This document shows, piece after piece, positions 53,303 to 64,000 of a stretch of DNA of 64,000 nucleotides. Source of the stretch: the human T2T-CHM13v2.0 reference genome, Homo sapiens. The translations under genes and the position numbers were made by a program. The first letter of the stretch is position 1. The number at the start of each line of letters is the position of its first letter. Where the stretch lies: the NCBI RefSeq assembly GCF_009914755.1, contig NC_060927.1. The stretch is one strand, 5' to 3'. Under the pieces are notes generated by a model. That model was not told the DNA's origin. It ran no database searches and saw only the letters and a program-made list of their open reading frames with translations.

Positions 53303-56300
53303 TTCCATTCTCTTCTCTAGGTATGTAAGTCTTTCCTTGATCCAAGGCCCAGCTAAAACATTAACTCTAACAAAGCTTCCTAGCTGATTTCACCTCCTCT
53401 GTCAAGTACTGTGATCTTCATTTCTCCTGTACCCCTGTCACATCTGCTGCCCCATATGATACCTCATATTTGTGGCCCTTCATGGTTGTCTATCTTTAAA
53501 TGTAGATATTCTATCTCCCCAGCTAGATAGTGGTACTTTTGAGGGCAGGACCCTATCAACAGTGACTATAGCCCTGTATCCCTCAAGGTGACTTGGATTC
53601 AAACATCAGAGGTGATCAGCTGCTGTTGCTGTTGTATTGTTGGAAGATCTGGCTGGTTATGTACACACTGAGCAAGAAAAGTTCCTCAACATGGCAGGGG
53701 AGTTGGTATCATTCAAGCCGCAGCTCAGGAAACAAGCATACTGTGGAAATAAATAGGAGAACATCATGTACGAACCAGAAAATCCAGGATTTAGTTTTTA
53801 GCTCTTTTCAAGCTATTTTCAGGATTCTGCTAAGCAATATGTTATACTTTTTAAAGAACAGAGGCGAGAAGCTGGAAATGGTGTTTTTTTTTAAAAGAGC
53901 AATATTCTATGGCACATAGAAACCATATGGCTAGTCCTATTTTCTAAACACAGATGACCCAAAGACAAGGCTGACATATGTGGTTGTTTAGTTGGTTCAG
54001 TGCATAGAGGTACCTGGCCAAGAGACAGGAAGGAACACTTTTTTCTTCCTTCCAAGAAGAAATTCTACTTTAGTGCACGTCCCAGAGACTGACTTTGTTC
54101 TACCCATATGACATTTTTCAACTATTACTTTATATACACAGAGTGTACTTATGTATATACACACACATATATCTTGTATACATATATCTTATATGTGAGG
54201 GTGTGTGCCTATCTGTATCTATCATCTATACATAATCTATCTTGTTCCCAAAATAAATTTTAATCTAATAATAATAAAAACAATAACTAACATTTTACTG
54301 GTCATTTCCTAGACATGTTCTAAGTGCTTCACACATAATCACATGATTTATTCCTCATAGCAATCTCTCTGAGTGGTGGTACAGTTATGAGAATTTAGTG
54401 GCTGCTAAATACATCCAGAGCATTAGGAGAGCAGCAATAGTCAGACACCTTGCAGCCTTTCACCTTTAGAGGGGCTCTCAAAACATTCTACGGCTATTAA
54501 CTTCTAACAGCAGGTCTGAAGAGTCACATGCCCAGGGGCAGAATTTAGGGGCCAGATTTTCTTAGAACCTGACAATACTCAGCAAATGATCTTTTCCTCT
54601 GCTAAATTGGCTTTTCCTTCCATTTCAGTAGCTTTTTGATAAATATTTGTTGAATGTTAAAATGATTGCTCTCCTTCTAGTTAATTCAGATGTGAGACAT
54701 CTGACCCATTCTTGGGCTCTCTCCCCTTCTTCCCATCTTTTTCAAATTAGTCCTCAATTCCTTGCAGCTGCTTCCTTTGTACAAAGTCTTGAATTCCTTA
54801 GTACCCAATGCTATCAATAAGTTTGTTCTCAGCCTCTCACAGTGACATTAGCCAACAAATTGTTTCTTCAATCATTGATTTCTTCAGCCCATTCAATATC
54901 ACACATTAATATTGGCTTCCCTTATTTTTTTGGAATCTAATACAGACTTCAGAGCCCTTTACTCTAGCTTTTTTCTCCATGAGAGGCAGAGTAGTGTTTC
55001 AAAAAATGAGATGGTCTATGATTTCTATGGACTAGTCTTTGGATTTTCCTGGCCATTTACTATTTGTGTAGTCTAGAACAAGTCCCATAATATCTGAGTT
55101 TGTTTCTTCACTGCATAATTATATGGTTTTGAAAAAAATTAAAATATTATATGTAAAGTAATAACAGCAGTGCTTGAAACGATATAGATTCTGAATAATG
55201 AGAGTTATGTTGGTGAAGATGGTGGTTGTAGTGATAATGAAAGACCTGGATCTCGGGCTTCCTACAGAGCCTGCTTATCTCTGACCTTTATTTTGTTGTT
55301 CTCCTGCCTGGAAGGCCTCCCCATCCTTCCCTTTACTTTGTTTATGTGAATATGTATTTGTGAATTGTTTAAGATGAGCAACAATATGACCTTATTTTTA
55401 ATATATTATGTTTGGAGATTTAATATAAGTACATGTATATATACATGTACAGAGTTCAAAAAGTATATGTGAAAAGACAAGTTTCCCTTCTGGCCCACAG
55501 TTCCCCTCTCCAGAGGCAACCACTGTAATGATTTATTAAAGGTAAATATTTCATTTACATCTTGCTTTAATTTTTAAGTAAAATGCATCTTAGAGATTGT
55601 TTCAAATCGGTACATCTTCTTCATCTCTTTGACATGCTTTATTTTTATTTTGCTCTTCACTTTTAAAGAGCTTAGAGTTAGTTGGAAGACTTATCCTCAT
55701 AGTCATCATTTTAATTTCTAGGAGGATGATATTATTGGCTCAAATTTATAAAGTATTTATAGCAATAATTATATCATGATAATATTTTAGTCTGTCTTAG
55801 GAATTTATTAATCTAAAGAAATATTTTTAAATTTCTGGTTAAAGAGGCTGAAATGTAACCTTTTAGTTAAAAATTGCAGGACATATAGAAAATTGGTTTC
55901 AGTTAAAACAATACCTGACTTTATTGCCCTGGAGGGGCAAGTGTATATATTACTCACGTCTGCGTCTCTAGTCTCTAGCAGGCTGCTCAATATTTAGGAG
56001 GAATTCGGCAAATGTCCAATGAATTTAAAAATGTGTGAATAAACAGATTAATGAGGTGCACACCAGGGCACTTTGCGCCTAGGTTTATGAAATGGTTATG
56101 TGCAGAAAATATTATATACCCAAAAGTCATTAGTTTACAGCATCCTAATAAAGGAGAAGTAATTTGCGGCAATAAATAATCCTGTACATATATGCAGAAA
56201 AGAAAAAGCATCCTTTGGACTTAGGCTAATCTGCATCTTTCATAAAACTCAACTTCAGTTGATTTGGTATAAGTTCTGATGCAAATGACTGTCATAAGTA

Positions 56301-57168
56301 CTCGTGAATGCAATGAAAGTAACAAGTATTAAGGTGCTGAGTAGTGGACCCTGTTATAATCAAGCTGATATGGGAAAGAAAAAAAAAGCTAAATGTTAAG
56401 GTTTACATTTGTCTTTAAGGCTTCTGATGTATTTGTAAACTATGTTAACATTGTCTAGATAAGCCATGCTTGGTTGTACCTAGAGCATTTGGTTAGAGAA
56501 TATTTTCAAGACCTACTGCAGTCAGATGAACCATTGCAAATTTTTGCCCAAATTTGTACTATTTTAATAAACGCTTAAAATTAATGTGCTTTAAAAATAT
56601 GAGGAAAGTAAAAAAGCACTTTGTTGCAAAGTATAGCTTCAAGTGTCTCAATAAGTTAGAAGAGAAAGTGATCTAAGCAGCTGGCAATACAGAGTCTGAA
56701 AATATACCTTTGCTATGAATACAAAGAACAACATAGTCCAATAGGTAAACAAACATATGAAAGATATTTCTTTTTCCTGTCAAAATCTTGTAAAAATAAG
56801 CAAAACTGAGACTCTGGCTTATTCCTACTTAATTACCAAAAATAAATTGAAAAGTAATACCCAATAGGGATGAATTTGTGGTTTAATTAGTGAACTTGAA
56901 TATTGCTGATAGCACCATCATATGGTATTGCCCCATTGAAAACCAATGTAGAAATGCATTAAAAGCCATAAAAATCTTTAAATCTTTTATTTCATTCATC
57001 CAAGTTAATTTTATTTTATAACTAATTATTATATTAATAATTAAAATTTTATTTATTTCAAGTTAGTTGTTCCAATAATGGAAATATTTATTTATATATT
57101 AAGAACAACCTTACCTGTGATAAGACAAAAACATAAACAAACTAAATATTCAGCATCAAGGTTTAGTG

Positions 57169-57524
57169 CAGGGGTCCCCAACTCCCGGGGCCATGGACCA
57201 GTGGTCCGTGGCTTGTTAGGAACTGGGCTGCACAGCAGGAGGTGAGCGGCAGGTGAGCGGCAGGTGAGTGAGCATCACAGCTGAGCTCTGCGTCCTGTCA
57301 GATCAGTGGCAGCATTAGATTCTCATAGGAGTGCAAACCGTATTGTTAACTGCTCCCACGAGGGATCTAGGTTGCCTGCTCCTTATGGGGATCTAATGCC
57401 TGATGATCTGAGGTGGAGCAGTTTCATCCTGCAACCATCCCTCATTCCCCCCACCTCCCCTGTCTGTGGCAAAACTGTCTTACATAAAACTGGTCCCTGC
57501 TGCCAAAAGGGTTGGGGACCGCTG
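57169..57524 (+). mobile_element. MER1B hAT-Charlie element
   Basis: TIRs caggggtccccaac / gttggggaccgctg; internal 'gcacagcaggaggtgagcggcagg...gcattagattctcatagg'; 8-bp TSD gtttagtg/gcttaatg. Confidence 0.93.
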
Positions 57525-58099
57525 GCTTAATGTGTGGTCTATACGCTAAAGGTATGTTGTTTGTCTGTTAAGAATGACTATAAAGGCTTTGCTTCAGTAT
57601 ATTAAACTATTTGTAAAATAAATGAAAAACACAGATATTCATGATGACTACAAATGTGTAAATTATGCACACTTAGGAGTCACTAGAAGAAAATACCAAA
57701 TGAAGAAAATTATTGGTATAGGTGACAGAGTTGGTAGACAAATATTTTACCTGAAAATTGTTATAATTTTAAGCAATAAATATTAATAGTAATTTAAAAA
57801 ATATCATTGACATCATTTATGCCAATACTATTTGTGTAAAATGACTAGCAATTGAAATCAGACTTTTTCACTTAGCTTATGCTGTTTACCTGAGATCAAC
57901 CTAGAACAATCCCATCGTAAATGGCAAATCATTTTCTGAAACAGTGCTCCAGAGAATTGGACACTGGGTGAATGAGATTTTATTTTATGTTTATTTCCCT
58001 TAGAGTTTGAAGTGAGAATTAGAAGGTGGCTCCTTGGTAATATCTAGTGCAATCCCTTCCCCTCACCCCCACTTGCTACAGGGACCTGTCTCTTATGTC

Positions 58100-58365
58100 A
58101 CCAATCTGACTGGTGTCCCTATTAGAAAAGGAGATTTGGACACACAAAATGACCCCAGGGATGCACACACACAGAAGGAAAACCATGTGAGAACACAGAG
58201 AAGACAGCCATCTGTAAACAAAAGAAGACAACTTAGAAAAAACTCTTTTCTGCCAGCACCTGAATCTTAGCCCTCTAGCCTTCAGAACTGTAAGAAAATA
58301 AATTTCTGTTTTTTATGCTACTCAGTCTGTGGTATTTTGTCATGTCAGTCCTAGCAAACTAATGT
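58100..58365 (+). mobile_element. MLT1B-like MaLR LTR, 3' portion
   Basis: 'gactggtgtccctattagaaaagg...cagaactgtaagaaaataaatttctgtt...ggtattttgtcatg...ctagcaaactaat'. Confidence 0.85.
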
Positions 58366-59132
58366 GGGTGGTTTTCTGGCCGTTGGTTAAGCTTTCTTCA
58401 ATGACAGACAACTCGTGACCTGCCAAGGCCACCCGATTTTATATTAGGTTGACATCAATTATTTTACAGATCTTTCTAATATTAAGCTAAAATTTTCCTC
58501 CACGAAACTTCTCAATGAACCTAATTCTGGCTTCCAGAAGCATGAAATAAATCTCATCTTCCAATGATATTTCCCAAGTGTCTTCCCTATGAAGACTGTG
58601 TTTTCTTGGAATATCCTCCACCCCCAATTCCTGTCACTGTCCTCATTTGCTGTATTTTTAAGCCCTCTTTTTATGATGATCATGTTCTTTTCAGTCTTAT
58701 AAGCATCTGTTTGAAGGACATTTTGAAAGCATTTCCAGGTGGAATATTTTGATCACTAGTGTGCCAAACAGGCCTATTTCTTTTGGGGAGATTAAAATTT
58801 ATGGTGAGAGAGGGAACCAGCAGTTTGTATAACCCTTTTTTGCTTAGACATGTAAAACAGAGGACTGATCATACATGTAAAGTAGAAACATGGAGAATAA
58901 GCACCACGACTCCTTACAACCAGGCAAAAACTGTCATTCTTTGTGCTTATAGACAGAAATCTACTTTTTTGTATCCTATGTAATGTTAATTTAAGTTCTG
59001 TTTAAAGACAATTTAAAATATTTGGTGATTGAGTTAATTTTAAAACCAATCTTAATAAATATATATAAATAAATCTAATTTTAGAAGTAGTTCTAATAAC
59101 CATAATATTAACTTAACTCTTGTTATTTTTGA

Positions 59133-59704
<572 letters not shown>

Positions 59705-60127
59705 TGAAATATCAATTTCCATGGCCTCACTGCAGTATATAATTTTTAGATTGCAATCTCAAAGACACTCAGAATAAGTTTCCTGAAACTTAGAAAATTT
59801 ATACACACAAGACACAATTTAAAAACAACAACAAACTCTCTAAGTGATGTGTCCTTCTCCTTTAGCTCATATCTAATGGCCAGTCTATTGGATTGTGCAG
59901 TGTCATAGAGTTTAACTCTGCGAAATAACAGAGAGATCTTTGTCAACCTCTCCTGAGTCACTCTCAGAATGTGAATCAAGTTTTAATCTGAGTGTTCATG
60001 AAGAAGTGCATGCTACTAGTTGGTAAAAGCATTTGAAGTTTTCTTTATTTCTCAAGTTCTCCTATGAATGAATAAATATTGCCTTGACAATAACTTCATA
60101 ATCCCAATGATGAGCTCAAGTAGTCTA

Positions 60128-60293
60128 GGGCTTTGCTACTCCAAGTGTGCTTGTATACCAGTAGCATCTCATTACCTGGGGGTTTGTTAGAAATGCAGAA
60201 TCTCAGGCCCCACCCCAGACTTACTGAATCTGAATGAGCATTTAGCAAAATCCCAGGTGATTCATGTGCACAATGAAGTTTGAGAAGCACTGG
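60128..60293. mobile_element. MER5A hAT-Charlie MITE
   Basis: 'ttgttagaaatgcagaatctcaggccccaccccagacttactgaatc...ccaggtgattcatgtgcaca...agtttgagaagcactg'. Confidence 0.92.
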
Positions 60294-60299
60294 TTTAGA

Positions 60300-61122
60300 G
60301 GCGCAGTTTCCAAAATTTTCCGGGGAAACAGCCATACTCATCATCTGTCAGATGCCTCATGAACTACTAGCTTGAGTTAAGTTCGCAGTTTCAACACTAA
60401 ATCATACTACATTTCATTTGATGATGTCACATCTCTGCAAAGCTGTGGTTTTGCCAGTTTCTGTGATGAAAGCAATTCCCATGCTAAAAATTAATAAGAA
60501 CAGAAAACGAGAGTGGTGATGTCCAATCAGACTCCAAGTTTTAATAAGGTATATAGGCCAGGTGCGGTGGCTCACACCTGTAATCCCAACACTTTGGGAG
60601 GCTGAGGCAGGCGGATCACTTGAGGTCAGAAGTTCGAGACCAGCCTAGCCAACATGATGAAACCTTGTCTCTACTAAAAATATAAAAATTAGCTGGGCTC
60701 AGTTGTGGTCGCCTGTAATCTCAGCTGCTCAGGAGGCTGAGGCACGAGAATCGCTTGAACCTGGGAGGCAGAGGTTGCAGTGAGCCAAGATCACACCACT
60801 GCACTCCAGCCTGAGCAATAGAGTGAGATAGATTCTGTCTCAAAAAAAAAAAAAGAAGTTATAAGTTATATAGTACCCAAAAGACCCAAGCATCCCATTA
60901 GTAAGTAACTGTGGTTATCTAAGGATAAAAAAGAACATTTTTCTTTCAACTTATATGTATGTTTTTCTTCAAATGACTACCAGGTTGTTAGGACATAAAT
61001 GCTGATTAGGTTGTTTGGATCTCATTACTTAATAGATGAAATTTCTTTTGACTAAGGGGTGCTGTGAAAAAAATTACTGAGCTATTAGAGTACCATGAGC
61101 TAAGACCATTTGGGAACCTCTA
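60300..61122 (+). mobile_element. Charlie4a-type hAT element, split by an Alu
   Basis: 'gcaaagctgtggtttt...aacagaaaacgagagtggtgatgtccaatc' and 'catcccattagtaagtaactgtgg...tgtgaaaaaaattactgag...tttgggaacctct'. Confidence 0.8.
60556..60854 (+). mobile_element. AluS (Sx/Sz-like)
   Basis: 'ggcggatcacttgaggtcag'; TSD-like ataag(g/t)tatata. Confidence 0.95.
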
Positions 61123-61679
61123 GTCTATAGCATTGTCTCAAAAAGAGCAACATAAAGGCTATTACGCTGTCAAATAACTTTGGGAAATACTGCATGGCTA
61201 TTTATTTTTGAAGGAGACAAGGGAGACAGGCTCAAGGCAAGTGGCCTGGGACTCAGAACCATTCTAGAAGGGGCCAGGAGTACAAAGAGAAAGCAAGAGA
61301 GATGGCCAGACATGTGTCCCAATGAGAATTAGCGGGTAGTCCTCTGGTAGAGTAGGCTTCATGGCACCTGTGGACTCACCCCATGCTAAGAGGAGGAAAA
61401 ATTCCCAAAGATAAGCTTTCTAATATACTGTCAACTTTGATTGGAATAGACCATGAATTAGGCAGTGACCTGATCCTATAAATCAAAGACCTTTAGTAAC
61501 TATAGCTTAGGAAGTAAGCATGGATGCTTTGGATAATTGTAAGAAGAATGTCCCCAAAAGTAATGACAACAGTAATAGCAATTACAGCAGAGTAATAAAA
61601 ATAATTATATGAAAATTTATTATGTTCTAGCTACTGTTTTAAGTGCTGTATTTATATTAACTTATTTATTATCCTAAAA

Positions 61680-62345
61680 TTCATTCACTTAATAAACATT
61701 TATTAAATGCCTCCTGTGTGCAAGGTGCCATGGGCAAAATAGATAAAACCTCCTTCCCTTATGAACTATATTTTAGTGTAAAGAAAAAGACAATCATTGA
61801 TACAAAAAATGAGTAATTAATAAATTACATCATATATTGGAAAGTGAGAAATGGTATTTTAAAAAGTAGACAGGGCAAAGGAAATCTCAGTAGTGCTGGG
61901 GTAGGTGGGGATCAGTTTGCATTTATTAAATAGAGAAGCCAGAACTGCTTGCAGTGAGAAGGCGGGATTTAAGCAGTCTTGAAGGAGAAGATGCATGAGC
62001 AGGCAGATATCTAGGGGATGAGGGTTCCAGGCTGTGGGAACTGCTAGAGCAAAGACCTCTGTGTAGGAGTTGCCTCTGTGTTCAGGAGCAGGAAGATCTT
62101 GTGGCTAATGCTTGAAGACTGTCATAAGGAACTGAACTTCACTCAGAATTCAATGTGAAGCCACTGCATGCATTTGATCAGAAGAGACACTTGGTTCGAC
62201 CGTGTTTTAAATGGATCACCCAACCACACTGATAATAGATTTGTGTGGCAGGAAGACTGATTAGGAGACTTTTGAAATAATAGTGGTGGGGACAAAGGTG
62301 GCCGTTGTGAAAGTAATGAAAAGTGGCCAAATTCTTACATTTATG
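61680..62345 (-). mobile_element. L2a-type LINE 3' fragment
   Basis: 'tcattcacttaataaacatttattaaatgcctcctgtgtgcaagg...gttccaggctgtgggaactgc...ttttaaatggatcac'. Confidence 0.82.
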
Positions 62346-62483
62346 TTGAAGACAAATTAAGTAACTTACCCAAAGTTACAAAGTTAATAAATGACAGAAT
62401 TGGCGATTGAACCCAGGAAGTCCAGACTCAAAAACTGCTCTGACATAGAGTATGGCCTGACCTATAAAAAGAGATGGTGAGAA

Positions 62484-62715
62484 CTCATAAGTGGGAGTTG
62501 AACAATGAGAACACGTGAACACAGGGAGGGGAGCATCACACACTGGGGCCTGTCGGGGGGTGGGGGGCTAAGGGAGGGATAGCATTAGGAGAAATAGCTA
62601 ATGTAGAAGACAGGTTGATGAGTGCAGCAAACCACCATGTCACATGTATACCTATGTAACAAACCTGTTCTGCACATATGTCCCAGAACTTAAGGTATTA
62701 AGAAAAAAAAAAAAA
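62484..62715 (+). mobile_element. L1PA (about L1PA7-type) 3' UTR fragment
   Basis: 'ctcataagtgggagttgaacaatgagaacac...gggagggatagcattaggagaaata...cccagaacttaagg' plus poly(A); TSD-like gatgg(t/c)gagaa on both sides. Confidence 0.92.
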
Positions 62716-64000
62716 CAGAGCGATGGCGAGAAGACAGGCAGAGCTTTCTAACAATTATGCCAGTAAGAGAGTGATTTTCGATGGTGGGGTCTAAGTTGAA
62801 AATGGAAAGCCATTTGTCTGTGATAAGCAGGGGAGCTTCATACATGGGAGCAAGGTGTTTAATAAAAATGACTTTTAAGCCCCTTCTAACCCTATGATTC
62901 CCAGATTCCAAATATAGAATGGCACAGTTTATACTGTTTGTCAATAGAAATTGACAATTCTAATGATTACTATTTTGAAAACCATTTTCTTGCCTTCATC
63001 TAGTTTACCAAGGTGTAACCAATGCTAGATTTGTCCCCTGTTCTCAAGGAAAGGATGAAAACTTGATGAATCTGATGAGTCTCTGAAGTGACTAAAAATA
63101 AACCCATGAAATTGCCATTTTGAATGCAAATTTAAAACATTTACATATTTGCAGTGCAAATGCCATTACTAGGTAGTTTGGAGATATAAAATCATAAAAT
63201 AATAGAGGATACTCACGGATTAGGATGATGCATGATCATTGCATAAAACCCTTCAGTACTGCTATATGGGTCTGGCTAATTGTTCAAACAATCAAGGTAC
63301 TATACCCTGTATGTGTGCATTGTTGGCACACCACTGGAGTGTTAGACTATTTGTGTTTGTTTATGAAAAGTACCTGACTCTGTTTCTGGTATAGCTGTGG
63401 GTTGATATGCTAGGTGGTGATCCAAAGATACAACTTCGCCTAAATCGTTTTAAATGTTCTTTACCATAATGTCAAAGTGTTTTGGACAAACTCCTGCTAG
63501 GTGTGATATTTCCTGCTATGAGCAATGTATAGCAAGTCTGTAAAACCTATCAAGTACTGCTAGGGCATTTGGTGGGGCAGGAAATATGACAACCTGGGAA
63601 CAATTTTTGGGCTACTTGTAGTTGACCAAAGAGACCAGATAGATGCATGCTGCTTGGTAGAACGGGAAGAGAGGGAAACAAAATGAGGTTGAAGTAGATC
63701 CTGACAATTGACAAAGAAATGCCAGAGCCTCTATGTAGAAGAAAAGCTATTGAAATTCAACCTATCTCTGAAGGTGGAAAGTTGTAGGTTAGTATGCTTT
63801 GCCTGAATTTGAGTATATCTGGAGTGCTATTGGTTAGTCTTTTCAAAGAAGGAAAATTAAGCCCAAAGAGAATAAGGAAAAAATAGACCCTTTTCCCCCA
63901 CCCACATACTACCTATAGAATGGAATCTGTGATAATGACCCTGTTGGACTTGATTCTGTTTTTAAAATTACAAAAAGTAAAACTGTTTCTTTCTTTACAC

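Noticed and set aside
53305-53330. Splice-like signals ttctcttctctag|gtatgtaagt
   Set aside because: The pyrimidine tract is the TSD of the mini-L1; no exon can be defined from sequence alone

Overview
This is a primate (very likely human) non-coding window that is AT-rich and repeat-dense. It has no CpG island and no recognisable spliced protein-coding exon. Main contents: (1) a ~7 kb dead L1PB on the minus strand (9640-16610) with a 48-bp micro-inversion through its RT 'QG' motif; (2) a full-length U6 snRNA retrocopy identical to canonical U6, with a 16-bp TSD (17442-17548); (3) a FAU (FUBI-eS30) processed pseudogene on the minus strand (27978-28654) whose ORF is still open through an in-frame 177-bp purine triplet tract; (4) twelve Alus, including a young AluYb-lineage copy; (5) several short L1s, one with a twin-priming inversion and one with only ~28 bp of L1 sequence; (6) MaLR/ERVL LTRs, hAT and Tc1-mariner DNA transposon fossils, and MIR/L2 relics; (7) a ~275-bp foldback inside a MIR; (8) three repeat-free blocks rich in homeobox, SOX and E-box motifs that look like developmental enhancers. 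From memory, not verified here, the U6 and FAU retrocopy pair matches RNU6-4P/FAUP2 inside SOX2-OT (3q26.33). I see no convincing new multi-gene system. The best leads are the open FAU retro-ORF, the pristine U6 copy, the foldback and the candidate enhancers. Repeat subfamily calls are by eye against remembered consensus sequences, and boundaries of old repeats are approximate.
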